Positions 16,230-25,382 of a stretch of DNA of 64,000 nucleotides are shown here, piece by piece; position 1 is the stretch's first letter, and each line of letters begins with the position of its first letter. The notes under the pieces were generated by a model, which ran no database searches, had not been told where the DNA came from, and saw nothing but the letters and a program-made list of their open reading frames with translations. This stretch comes from a bacterium (GTDB taxonomy: Bacteria; Sysuimicrobiota; Sysuimicrobiia; Sysuimicrobiales; Humicultoraceae): positions 35,735 through 99,734 of the forward strand of contig JAVHLI010000011.1 in assembly GCA_031082185.1 (NCBI GenBank), written 5' to 3'. Made by a program: the position numbers and the translations under genes.

Positions 16230-17094
16230 GTTCCCAGTGAGAATGTTCCCGAGACCACGCCCCAGGTACGATCCCAAGACGATCTACCGCATTCACGCCG
16301 ATCGCGAGGCCGGCACGAGTGCCGCGGACATAGCGGTGAAGCACGACCTGCCCGCGGTTACCGTCCAGGGATTCCTGCGCTCCAGCGGGAAGACCTGCGC
16401 GCTGCTGAGTCCCTTCGAGTTGCGGGGGGCCGAGCTGCCGCCGAATGCCGCCGTGCAGGTCTACTGGCTGGGCTACATCGCCGCCAGCGGCCGGGTCTTC
16501 GGCCAGAACAACCTGTCAACTTTGATCCTGGCGATTCACCCGGACGACGTGGCCCACATCCAGACGCTTATGGCAGATCTGGTCATCGGCCATCCCCGGT
16601 GTGAGTTTGCCGAGAGCAGCCTCGACGGGCGCCAGGCATACGTTCGCGACCGCTCGCTCGCCGAGGTGCTCCTCCAGTGGGGGATCGGCACCTCAACCGA
16701 AGACGGCTCGATTCCCATCGAGTTCATCCCGTCGGCGCTATGGCCGGATTTCGTCAGAGGGTATCTCGAGGGAAGCCGGCGCTGCCCGCCGTTCGGCGGC
16801 AAAGGGGCGCGGGCGCCGCGGGTGCCGGGGGTGCCGCGCACCCTCACGCTGGTGGGCACCCAGCCGCTTGTTGAGGGGCTCAGCCGCGAGCTCCAAGCGG
16901 CGTGCGGGATCACCGGGGGGACCGTCGCTCCGTCCGGCGGCGGAGGGCTTTCTCAGATTACCTTCTCGCCCTCGGACACCAGCAGGATTCTCCAAGCAGC
17001 CTATCGCAGCCCGACGCGGACCTCACCGCGCGCGGCGAAGTTCGTCAAGCAGTTTTCGCAGCCCAAGGGTCGCCGCCGGAATCCTTCCAAGTAG
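16228..17094 (+). CDS. HTH + degenerate double LAGLIDADG-like protein (homing-endonuclease-derived fold, probably inactive)
   Basis: N-terminal HTH-like AADIAVKHDLPAVTVQGFL. Two LAGLIDADG-position motifs, VYWLGYIAASGRV and FVRGYLEGSRRC, both lack the acidic residue. The tail is basic. The start may be 16243. Confidence 0.4.
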   Translation: MFPVRMFPRPRPRYDPKTIYRIHADREAGTSAADIAVKHDLPAVTVQGFLRSSGKTCALLSPFELRGAELPPNAAVQVYWLGYIAASGRVFGQNNLSTLILAIHPDDVAHIQTLMADLVIGHPRCEFAESSLDGRQAYVRDRSLAEVLLQWGIGTSTEDGSIPIEFIPSALWPDFVRGYLEGSRRCPPFGGKGARAPRVPGVPRTLTLVGTQPLVEGLSRELQAACGITGGTVAPSGGGGLSQITFSPSDTSRILQAAYRSPTRTSPRAAKFVKQFSQPKGRRRNPSK

Positions 17095-18460
17095 GCAGCC
17101 GCAACGTCGCCCGCGTGCCCTGCTTGGGCGTGCTGGAGATCTGTACCGTCCCCCCGTGAGCCGCAGCGATCCCAAACGCAATCGCAAGGCCGAGACCTGC
17201 GCCACCCGCATCCCGGGAGCGGGCAGGGTCCACACGATAGAAGCGATCTCCCAGGCGTGGGAGGTGCTCCTTGCTGATTCCGATGCCGGTGTCCTCGACG
17301 ATGAGGCTGACCAGGCCGTCACCCGCGCCGGTTCGGAGGGTGACCGTCCCTCTCGGCGGCGTGAACTTGATGGCATTCTCTAGCAGGATTACGGCCGCCT
17401 GCTCCAGGGCCTGCCGGTCGCCGAGGAGGCGCGTCCCTGTACCGTAGTCTTCGCGGACGGCGACGTCCTTCTCCCGCGCCAGCGGTGCGAGCCGGCGCAC
17501 GACGCTTTCGGCCACCTCTCTGAGGTCTACCGGCTCGCGCTCAAGATGGAACTGTCCGGCGTCGAGCCGGGCGAGTGTCAGCAAGTTGGTGGTCAGACGT
17601 TCCATGTGCTCGGTCTCGGCCACGATGTCCTCAACTAGTCCCGAGTCGCCCGGGTCGGGCCGGTCCCGATGCCGGAGCAGTACTTCGGCATTTGCTCGGA
17701 TGAGAGTCAAGGGGGTGCGCAGCTCGTGCGACGCGTCCGATATGAAGGTCTGCTGGCGGGCAAGCGCGATCTGAGCCGGTGCTAGGGCCCGGTTGGCAAG
17801 GAGCACCCCGCCAATCGTGGCGATCAGCACGGCCAGCACGCCGAGGGCAAACAGCAGGTCGCGCAGGAGCCGCAGCGCGCTCGTCTGCTGGGCAATGGAA
17901 CGACCCACCTGCACAACGCCCAGCACCCCGCCTGAGGTGGGGTTCGAGACGGTGATGGCGACGCGATAGATCGGTCCGGCCTCCTCACCTCCGTCCACCA
18001 CGTCACTGGCCTTCCCATTGGCCAATGCGTCCCCCAGGAGCGACGGGTTGAGGAAGGCCTGGGGCAGAGGATCGGTCTCACTTCCTGGGAAGCTCATCGA
18101 GCCGAGGATGCTCCCCTGCCGGTCCATGCAGGCAATGTAGATCGGCGGCCGTCCGGGCAGGCGAGGAGGAGGAGGCGGTGTGCCTGGAGACGCGCGCGGG
18201 TAGCCGCTTCTGCCGAATGCCGGCGGTGCGCAGGCCTCTGCCGGCGACTGCTGCCACCGGTGGGCGGTGAAGTCGGCGCTGGCGCTCAGCTGTTCTGCGA
18301 CCGGCCTCATGAGCTGATCCCGCAGTCCGAGGTACAGAACCAGACCTGAGACGACCAGCGTTGCGACCAGCACCGCGCTGTACCACGCGGTCAGCCCTCG
18401 GCGCAGGCCCCGCAGGAACGCGGCTCCGGGTTCGGGAGGGCGGACGGCACGCATGGGCAA
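17045..18460 (-). CDS. Sensor histidine kinase (TM-periplasmic-TM-HAMP-HisKA-HATPase_c)
   Basis: H-box SHELRTPLTLI, N-box LLENAIKFTP, G-boxes EDTGIGI and GAGLGLAIA. Confidence 0.9.
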   Translation of the reverse strand: MPMRAVRPPEPGAAFLRGLRRGLTAWYSAVLVATLVVSGLVLYLGLRDQLMRPVAEQLSASADFTAHRWQQSPAEACAPPAFGRSGYPRASPGTPPPPPRLPGRPPIYIACMDRQGSILGSMSFPGSETDPLPQAFLNPSLLGDALANGKASDVVDGGEEAGPIYRVAITVSNPTSGGVLGVVQVGRSIAQQTSALRLLRDLLFALGVLAVLIATIGGVLLANRALAPAQIALARQQTFISDASHELRTPLTLIRANAEVLLRHRDRPDPGDSGLVEDIVAETEHMERLTTNLLTLARLDAGQFHLEREPVDLREVAESVVRRLAPLAREKDVAVREDYGTGTRLLGDRQALEQAAVILLENAIKFTPPRGTVTLRTGAGDGLVSLIVEDTGIGISKEHLPRLGDRFYRVDPARSRDAGGAGLGLAIAFGIAAAHGGTVQISSTPKQGTRATLRLPTWKDSGGDPWAAKTA

Positions 18461-18462
18461 CG

Positions 18463-19137
18463 CTACGCTCCGATCTTGTACCCGACGCCGCGCACGGTCT
18501 TGATCAACGGGCGCTTTGAGTTCCGATCTATCTTGCCCCGCAGATAGTGGATGTAGATGTCAACCACATTAGAGACCGCGTCCATGTCGTATCGCCAGAC
18601 ATGGTCTATGATCTGGGTCCGGGAGAGTGCCGTTCCTGAGTTCCGCATCAGGTACTCAAGGAGGGCGAACTCTTTCGGGGTCAGCTCGATCACCCTACCG
18701 TCCCGGCGCACCTCGCGGCGCAGGAGATCGAGGGTGAGGTCGGCTACCTCGATCACGGTGGGGATCTCGGCCGGGCGGTCGCGACGGCGCAGGAGGGCGT
18801 TGACCCGCGCCAGCAGCTCCGCCATCGCGAAAGGTTTGACAAGGTAGTCGTCTGCCCCGGCGTTCAGCCCGGCGACCCGATCCTCCACCGTCCCGCGCGC
18901 CGTCAGCATCAGAACGGGCGTCCCGATTCCCTCTGCCCGCAGGCGCCGGCACACCTCGACGCCGTCGAGGTCCGGTAGCATCAGGTCGAGGACGACCAGG
19001 TCATACCCGCCGCTCAGCGCGAGATCCAGTCCGCGTTCGCCCGAGTGCGCCAGGTCAACCGCGTGGCGCTCCTCTGTCAGCACGCGCTGGAGCAGGCGCC
19101 CCAACCGCTGGTCGTCCTCTACGATCAGGATGTGCAT
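18463..19137 (-). CDS. OmpR/PhoB-family response regulator
   Basis: ORF trimmed to ATG 19137 (MHILIVEDD). LVVLDLMLPDLDG and KPF motifs, with a winged helix ending KTVRGVGYKI. Confidence 0.9.
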   Translation of the reverse strand: MHILIVEDDQRLGRLLQRVLTEERHAVDLAHSGERGLDLALSGGYDLVVLDLMLPDLDGVEVCRRLRAEGIGTPVLMLTARGTVEDRVAGLNAGADDYLVKPFAMAELLARVNALLRRRDRPAEIPTVIEVADLTLDLLRREVRRDGRVIELTPKEFALLEYLMRNSGTALSRTQIIDHVWRYDMDAVSNVVDIYIHYLRGKIDRNSKRPLIKTVRGVGYKIGA

Positions 19138-19178
19138 CGTGTCACGCCACCGTCCCAATCATAAATCTAGCCCCGGAA

Positions 19179-19197
19179 GATTGGAATATGATTGGAA
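19179..19197. promoter_or_regulatory. Direct repeat GATTGGAA-N3-GATTGGAA (11-bp phase), candidate response-regulator box
   Basis: Copies at 19179-19186 and 19190-19197 in the divergent intergenic region between the regulator (ATG 19137) and macA (ATG 19290). Inverted CCAATC half-sites lie at 19155-19160 and 19239-19244. Confidence 0.45.
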
Positions 19198-19289
19198 GAG
19201 CCATGCCGGCGTGATTCTTAGAGAATCCCCATCTATCTCCAATCGTATTCCCATGCTGGCTTCCTACGATGGCTCTGGAGGTGTCCATC

Positions 19290-20789
19290 ATGCTGCGCAA
19301 GCGAGTTGTCGTCGCGACACTAATCATTGCCACGGTGGCAGCCGGTGTCTGGTTCCAGCGCTCACGGAGTACTGCCCAACCGGCCACCGAAACAATGCGG
19401 ACTGCCCGCGTGGCGCGCGGGACGCTGACCGCCAGTGTCACCGCCAGCGGCACGCTTCGGCCCTACGCGCAGGTTGAGGTCCGCTCGCGCGCTACAGGTA
19501 CGGTTACAGACATCAGGGTGCAGGAAGGCGACAGCGTCACCAAGGGACAGTTGCTGGCGGCAATTGACGACTCCGACGCCCGGGCGGGCTACGAGACCGC
19601 GCTGGCGCAACTGGCCGCGTCCCAGGCGAAGCTCAATCAGGCGCGGCAGCAGCTGGATGCCACGCGCGCGCAGGACATCGCCCGCGTTGCGCAGGCCGAG
19701 GCCGCGCTTGGGACCGCCCGTGCACGTCTGGCGCTCGTGATGGCGGGATCGCGGCCCGAGGGGATCGAGCAGGCGAAGGCGACCCTGACGCAGGCGCAGT
19801 TGGCCGCCGACCTGGCCCAACGCAACCTGGAGCGCACCCGCGATCTCCACAGCCAGGGGTTGGTGGCCCGCCAGAACATTGACCAGGCTCAGAACCAGCA
19901 CGAAGTGGCGCTCGCGCAGGTCCGGTCGGCACAGGCGAGGCTGAACGAGGTGCAGGCCGGCAGCACTCCTCAAGACATTGCGGTGGTGCAGGCCCAGGTG
20001 AGGGAGGCCGAATCCGCACTGGCCAGCGCCCGCGCCGCTCGGGCGCAGGAAGGCGTGCTGGCCGCCGCCGTGGTCGCTGCGGAGGCCGACTCCCGCAGCA
20101 GGGGGGCCGACGTCGCCCAGGCCCTCGAGCGGTCCGGTGAGATGCGGGTGACGGCCCCCATTGACGGCATCGTCGCCCGTCTGGAAGTCCAGGTCGGCCA
20201 GACCGTCATAGGTGGCGTGTCGAGCGGGGGCACCCTGCTGATGACCCTCGCCGACACCAGGGTAATACAGGCAGAGATCGCCGTGGACGAGTCGGACATC
20301 GCCCAGATCCGCACCGGCATACCGGTACGGATCACCGTTGACGCGCTGCCCGAGCGTACTTTCAACGGCAGGGTGACCCGGATTGCACCCCAGGCCTCGG
20401 TCATCCAGAACGTTACGCAGTTCTACGTGATCGTGACTGTTGAGAATCCCGGTCAGTTGCTTCGGCTTGGGATGTCCGCGGATGGCGAGTTCATAATTAC
20501 CGAGCGCCGGGATGTCCTACTGGTGCCCGGGGAGGCGGTCCGCGGGAAGGACGCCGAGATCGTTCAGCTCGTGCAGGGCGAGACCCTGGTGCCCGTGGTC
20601 GTCGAGACGGGCGCGACCGACGGTCGTAAGGTGGAGATCGTCAAGGGCCTCCAGGAGGGCCAGACCATCTACCTGGGGCAGGCGAGCGGGACGTCAGGCC
20701 AGACGCCTGCACAGCAGCCGGTCAATCCGTTCCAGCCCCAGATCCGGCCGGGCAGCGGGCCGGGCGGTGGGCCGGGCAGTGCAAGGTAG
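19290..20789 (+). CDS. macA: Efflux periplasmic adaptor (HlyD/MacA family)
   Basis: ORF trimmed to ATG 19290, which has GGAGG upstream. N-terminal TM segment, long coiled-coil hairpin (AQAKLNQARQQL...), and barrel/lipoyl motifs. Confidence 0.85.
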   Translation: MLRKRVVVATLIIATVAAGVWFQRSRSTAQPATETMRTARVARGTLTASVTASGTLRPYAQVEVRSRATGTVTDIRVQEGDSVTKGQLLAAIDDSDARAGYETALAQLAASQAKLNQARQQLDATRAQDIARVAQAEAALGTARARLALVMAGSRPEGIEQAKATLTQAQLAADLAQRNLERTRDLHSQGLVARQNIDQAQNQHEVALAQVRSAQARLNEVQAGSTPQDIAVVQAQVREAESALASARAARAQEGVLAAAVVAAEADSRSRGADVAQALERSGEMRVTAPIDGIVARLEVQVGQTVIGGVSSGGTLLMTLADTRVIQAEIAVDESDIAQIRTGIPVRITVDALPERTFNGRVTRIAPQASVIQNVTQFYVIVTVENPGQLLRLGMSADGEFIITERRDVLLVPGEAVRGKDAEIVQLVQGETLVPVVVETGATDGRKVEIVKGLQEGQTIYLGQASGTSGQTPAQQPVNPFQPQIRPGSGPGGGPGSAR

Positions 20790-20799
20790 GAGGCCGACC

Positions 20800-21510
20800 A
20801 TGGCGCTCATTCAGATGCGCGACGTTGATAAGACTTATCACATGGATGGGGTCGAAGTGCGCGCCCTGCGCGGCGTTTCCATCACCATCGAATCGGGCGA
20901 GTTCGTGGCGATCATGGGCCCCAGCGGCTCAGGTAAGTCCACGTGCATGAACATCCTGGGCTGCCTGGACCGGCCGACCTCAGGGACCTACTCCCTGGAC
21001 GGGGCCGATGTGACCACCCTCGACGACACCGCCCTGGCCAGGTTGCGCAACCGGCGATTGGGGTTTGTCTTTCAGTCTTACAACCTGCTGTCCCGGACGC
21101 CCGCGATCGAGAACGTCGAGCTGCCGTTGGTCTACGCCGGCGTGCCCAACCGCCGCGAAAAGGCCCTGGCGGCGCTGGATGCCGTAGGGCTGCGCGATAG
21201 GGCCGAACACCTGCCCACGCAACTGTCGGGTGGTGAGCAGCAGCGCGTGGCCATTGCCCGCGCCTTGGTGACGGAGGCGCCGATCATCCTAGCCGACGAG
21301 CCGACCGGAAACCTCGACTCGGCGACGGCGGGCGAGGTCATGGCGATACTCGAACGCCTCTCGCGCCAGGGGAAGACGATCGTGCTGGTTACGCACGAGG
21401 CCGATATCGCCGCCCGCGCAGGGAGATTCGTGCAGTTCCGCGACGGCCGGATCATCAGCGACGAGCCGGTGCGTGGGCGGGCAGTCGCTCTTGGAGGAGT
21501 TCGATCATGA
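20800..21510 (+). CDS. macB: MacB-type ABC ATP-binding protein
   Basis: ORF trimmed to ATG 20800, which has GGTAGGAGG upstream. Walker A GPSGSGKST, signature LSGGEQQRVAIARAL, Walker B ILADEPTGNLD. Confidence 0.9.
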   Translation: MALIQMRDVDKTYHMDGVEVRALRGVSITIESGEFVAIMGPSGSGKSTCMNILGCLDRPTSGTYSLDGADVTTLDDTALARLRNRRLGFVFQSYNLLSRTPAIENVELPLVYAGVPNRREKALAALDAVGLRDRAEHLPTQLSGGEQQRVAIARALVTEAPIILADEPTGNLDSATAGEVMAILERLSRQGKTIVLVTHEADIAARAGRFVQFRDGRIISDEPVRGRAVALGGVRS

Positions 21511-22718
21511 GCCTCTCGGCGAGCTTCCGAATCGCGGTGCGCGCGATCAGGGGCAACCCCCTGCGCTCCCTGCTCACCATGCTCGGGGTGATCATCGGCG
21601 TCGCCTCCGTGATCGCTATGGTCTCCATCGGGCAGGGCGCCCGCCAGGCCACTACGCAGCAGATCCAGGCGCTGGGCAGTAACCTGCTTACGGTCATGGC
21701 GTCTTTTGCCCAGCAGGGCGGAGTGGCTGCCACCGGCCAGGTGCAGACGCTGACCCTCGATGACGCCGACGCGATTGCCCGGGACGTGCCGGGCGTGACG
21801 GGTGTGAGCGCCGAGATCTCCAGGCAGGCGCAGGTCGTCTTCGGGAACCAGAACACCTACACGCAGGTCCAAGGCGTCACGCCCGCGTTTCCCGAGGTCC
21901 GCAACTTCCGGCCGGCCCAGGGGGAGTTCTTCACCGACGATGATGTGCGGCGGCGATCGAAGGTCGCCCTGCTGGGCAAGACCGTGGCCACCACGCTCTT
22001 TTCCGAGTCGGACCCCATAGGTCAGAGGATTAGGATCCGCGGCGTAACGTTCACCGTCATCGGCGTTATGGAGTCCAAGGGTGCCAGTCCCTTCGGCGAC
22101 CGCGACGATGCGGTTTACGTCCCGGTGACGACCGCGCAATACCGGCTCTTTGGGGTTACGAATGTCCGAGCGATCCAGGTGCAGGCGCGCACCGCCGACG
22201 ATATGCCCGCCGTCCAGCAGGCCGCCACCGACCTGCTGCGGACACGTCACAGGATTCCATCCGGCCGCGACAACGATTTCACCATTCGCAGCCAGGCAGA
22301 CATCCTCCAGGCCTTCGCCGGCGTCACCCGGACGATGACGCTGTTGCTCGGGGGCGTCGCGGCTGTGGCGCTGATTGTCGGCGGGATCGGCATTATGAAC
22401 ATCATGCTGGTGTCGGTGACAGAGCGCACGCGCGAGATCGGCATCCGCAAGGCGGTGGGCGCGCGGCGGGCCGACATCCTGCTGCAGTTTCTCGTTGAGT
22501 CGGTGACCGTCGGCGTAACCGGAGGCCTGATCGGGATCGCGTTCGGCATCCTAGGCTCGAAACTCATCACGCAACTCGCGGGATGGGCGACGCTGATCTC
22601 GACGCAGGCCATCGTGCTGGCGTTCTCATTCGCCGTGGCGGTGGGAGTCTTCTTCGGGCTCTATCCGGCGCGGCGGGCGGCGATGCTGGATCCGATTGAG
22701 GCGCTCCGTCACCAGTAG
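21507..22718 (+). CDS. MacB-type ABC permease (MacB periplasmic domain + FtsX)
   Basis: ATGA overlap with the ATPase gene. Four TM segments, a large periplasmic loop, and the FtsX-like REIGIRKAVGARR motif. Confidence 0.9.
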   Translation: MSLSASFRIAVRAIRGNPLRSLLTMLGVIIGVASVIAMVSIGQGARQATTQQIQALGSNLLTVMASFAQQGGVAATGQVQTLTLDDADAIARDVPGVTGVSAEISRQAQVVFGNQNTYTQVQGVTPAFPEVRNFRPAQGEFFTDDDVRRRSKVALLGKTVATTLFSESDPIGQRIRIRGVTFTVIGVMESKGASPFGDRDDAVYVPVTTAQYRLFGVTNVRAIQVQARTADDMPAVQQAATDLLRTRHRIPSGRDNDFTIRSQADILQAFAGVTRTMTLLLGGVAAVALIVGGIGIMNIMLVSVTERTREIGIRKAVGARRADILLQFLVESVTVGVTGGLIGIAFGILGSKLITQLAGWATLISTQAIVLAFSFAVAVGVFFGLYPARRAAMLDPIEALRHQ

Positions 22719-22766
22719 GATCGGAACTCGGGAAGAGGATTGGAGTTCGAGAAAAGGAGGCATGAC

Positions 22767-23255
22767 ATGAAGATGCGTTGGGTATGGATAGCGGTGGCCG
22801 CAGCCATTGTTCTGGCGGGGGGAGGGTTCTACTACGCGCGCACGCGGGCCCAGGCGCCGCCGCAGGGACGCGACCCGGCCGTCGGGCTGCTGGCGGGCAT
22901 CCGGATGCTGGAGCGCGATCCCGCAACCCAGCTCACGAAGGAGCAGATCGCGGCGGTCCTGCCGTTAATCAAAGCCCTAAAGGACATCCCGGTCTCCGAC
23001 ACCGAGCAGGTCAGGGCCGTCGTGCGCACCGTCAGCGAGGCATTCACGCCCGCGCAGCGGGCGGCCCTCGATGAGATGCGCCGGCGCATTCAGGCCGGCC
23101 GGCGCCCCGGCGGTCCGGCCGCCGGACCCGGTGGGGGCCCAGGCACCGGACCCGGTGGGGGGTTCGGAGGAGCGCAGGGCCAGGGTTTCGACCCACAGCA
23201 GGCCCGGGCGCGTCTATTCGAGGCGACGATCCGCATGCTGGAGCAGCGAAGATGA
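22767..23255 (+). CDS. Membrane-anchored periplasmic protein with LTxxQ-type motifs (Spy/CpxP/ZraP-like) and a Gly/Pro-rich tract
   Basis: AAGGAGG upstream and a TM segment WVWIAVAAAIVLAGGGFYY. Motifs QLTKEQIAAV and AFTPAQRAAL, then GGPAAGPGGGPGTGPGGGFGGAQGQG. The stop overlaps the tolC start (ATGA). Confidence 0.5.
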   Translation: MKMRWVWIAVAAAIVLAGGGFYYARTRAQAPPQGRDPAVGLLAGIRMLERDPATQLTKEQIAAVLPLIKALKDIPVSDTEQVRAVVRTVSEAFTPAQRAALDEMRRRIQAGRRPGGPAAGPGGGPGTGPGGGFGGAQGQGFDPQQARARLFEATIRMLEQRR

Positions 23256-24550
23256 AGATGCGCATTCCTGTGTTGGTGGTTGTGCTCGTGATGCTTGCCG
23301 CGGCGGCCGGGCCCGCGGTCGCGCAGACCCACGCACCGCAGACACCACAGACGCCGCGCGCTTATTCGCTGGCTGAACTCGTTGCAGCCGCCGAAGAGCG
23401 GAATCCCACACTTGCCGTAGCGCGACAGGCCGTGGCAGCGGCGGAAGCCGCCGTGGCCCTGGCCCGCGCAGGATTGGGTGTTACGGTGACGGCCCGCGGT
23501 TCTGCGGCAACCGCGGGGGGCGGCACGACGACAACCACTTCCTTTTCCAGTTCGGCTTCCCTCGTTGCTTCCTACACCCTTTACGACAGCGGCCAGACCG
23601 CCTACGCCGTGCAACAGGCGGAGGCCAACCTGCGATCGTCCCGGGCGGCGCTGGAAGCCACCCGCCAGGACACGGCCCTTGCCGTGGGCCAGGCGTACGT
23701 TGCAGTGCTGCGCGCCGAGCGAACTGTCGTGCTCCAGCAGCAGCAGGTGGTCCGTAATCAGGAACTGGTACGCATCGCCCAAGGGCAGTTTGACGCCGGG
23801 GTCGTGGCGAGATCAGACGTGGTGCGTGCGCAGGCCGGGCTCGCCGCGGCGCAGAGCGACCTGATCGCCGCCCAGAACGTGGTGGATCAAAGTAAAGCCA
23901 CGCTCAACGTTGCGATCGGTGCGAGTCCGATGATACCGATAGCCGTCGCCCCGCCGCCGTCGGTCCCGCCGGTAACCGTGACCTATGCGGATCTCTCGCG
24001 CCTGGCTGAGGAACGGCCGGAACTCCGCAAGGCGCGCTCCGACGCCGAGGGCGCCGAGGCCGCCGTACGCCTGGCCCAGGCCGGTGGTGGATTGAAGGTG
24101 ACCCTCGACGGCACCGCCACACAGGTGCTCTCGCCCACTGCCCAGACCACGTACTCGACCGGCGTCGGCATGAGCTTCCCGATCTCCGACGCAGGACGCG
24201 CGTCGGCCGCGGTCGCGCAGGCCACGGCCAATCTGCAGGCGGCCCGCGCCCGCATTGACAGCGTCCGATTGACAACCGTTCAGGATGGGGTCGGCGCCCT
24301 GCTCAACCTGAGCAGCGCCGCGGCCCGCGTTGAGAGCGCACGCGCAGGCCTGGCCTTCGCCGAGGAGTCATTGCGTCTTGCCCGGGCTCGATACGCCGCC
24401 GGCGCCGCGCCGATCTTCGAGGTAACCGACGCGCAGACAACGCTGCTGGCGGCCGAGGTTGCGCTGGCCAACGCGATTTTCGATCAGTTGGCCGGTTCCC
24501 TGCAACTGCGCCGAGCCCTGGGCCGATCGGTTGTGGATGGGGCGATCTGA
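23252..24550 (+). CDS. tolC: TolC-family outer-membrane efflux protein
   Basis: A signal peptide followed by two repeats of the TolC helical/beta pattern (NPTLAVARQAV..., ERPELRKARSD...). This implies a diderm envelope. Confidence 0.85.
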   Translation: MKMRIPVLVVVLVMLAAAAGPAVAQTHAPQTPQTPRAYSLAELVAAAEERNPTLAVARQAVAAAEAAVALARAGLGVTVTARGSAATAGGGTTTTTSFSSSASLVASYTLYDSGQTAYAVQQAEANLRSSRAALEATRQDTALAVGQAYVAVLRAERTVVLQQQQVVRNQELVRIAQGQFDAGVVARSDVVRAQAGLAAAQSDLIAAQNVVDQSKATLNVAIGASPMIPIAVAPPPSVPPVTVTYADLSRLAEERPELRKARSDAEGAEAAVRLAQAGGGLKVTLDGTATQVLSPTAQTTYSTGVGMSFPISDAGRASAAVAQATANLQAARARIDSVRLTTVQDGVGALLNLSSAAARVESARAGLAFAEESLRLARARYAAGAAPIFEVTDAQTTLLAAEVALANAIFDQLAGSLQLRRALGRSVVDGAI

Positions 24551-25341
24551 GCGTGTTTCGCGTACAGCTCGCCGGCCAGAGCCACCAACCCTTCACTGGC
24601 CTTTCTCCCTCCGATGTTGGTGGCCGTAACGATCCCAAGGTCGCGGTTCTTGTCAATCCAGATGCGTAGCGCCTTTCTTCTCCGGCATCGAGATGACAGG
24701 AGTGGCGAAGTCGAGGATCGACATGTGCGCGATGCCGGCCGGACCGATTATGGACGGGCCGTCGCCGTTTGGACCTGCCAGGAAAGCCTTTACCTTACCA
24801 TCAATGACGGAGTGCCCGAGAGGCGCGTCTATCTTGCCGAGCGACGCCTGGGGGCCGAGACCGGCTGTTTTCAGGTTCAGGGGCGTGAATACGCGAACTT
24901 CGTGCCCGGCACGGAAGCCAGAGGGAGGCGGCTCAACTCACGAACCAGCCAATAACGCAACTCGTCGAGGTTCCCGTCCTGAAGAATCGCCTCTCGGAGG
25001 AGCTTCATGAAGTCTTCATTGTCACTCGGAATCCCGCTCGTGTGCGAGAGAAGATGCTCGAGTGTCACGCGCTTCAGCCCGGGATCCATATTCTCTACAA
25101 GCTCCGGGAAGAGATCGGCGACCGTCGAGTCCCACTTAAGCTTTCCCTCTTCGACCAGTATGGCCGCCAGGAGGGCGGTCATGGCCTTCGTGTCTGAGCC
25201 CAGGTGGAATCGGTCGTCTATCGTCACAGGAATCTTCTCGCCTATCTTGCGCGTTCCGACGGCGCCGGACGAGACGACTTCTCCGTTCCTCACGACCGCC
25301 GCCAGAACTCGCAAGAGGTTCTTCATGGGGTCTGCTCGCAT
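24547..25341 (-). pseudogene. Beta-lactamase-family serine hydrolase, fragmented (internal deletion plus frame changes)
   Basis: Fragment A is ORF 24877..25341, with SxxK as LGSDTKAMTA, ending prematurely at ...GTKFAYSRP*. Fragment B, in another frame (about 24653..24898), reads FTPLNLKTAGLGPQ...GPAGIAHMSILDFA. Fragment C, in a third frame (about 24547..24660), reads WIDKNRDLGIVTATNIGG...LYAKHAQ. The YSNxGYxLLG segment expected after FAYS is missing. Confidence 0.65.
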
Positions 25342-25382
25342 GCCCCCTGATCAGCACAAGGTCCGCGCGGAGTCTGGAATCC

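Noticed and set aside
24614-25010. Plus-strand ORFs 24614..24955 and 24693..25010
   Set aside because: They lie antisense to the recognisable fragments of the decayed serine-hydrolase gene and have no SD or family signal.
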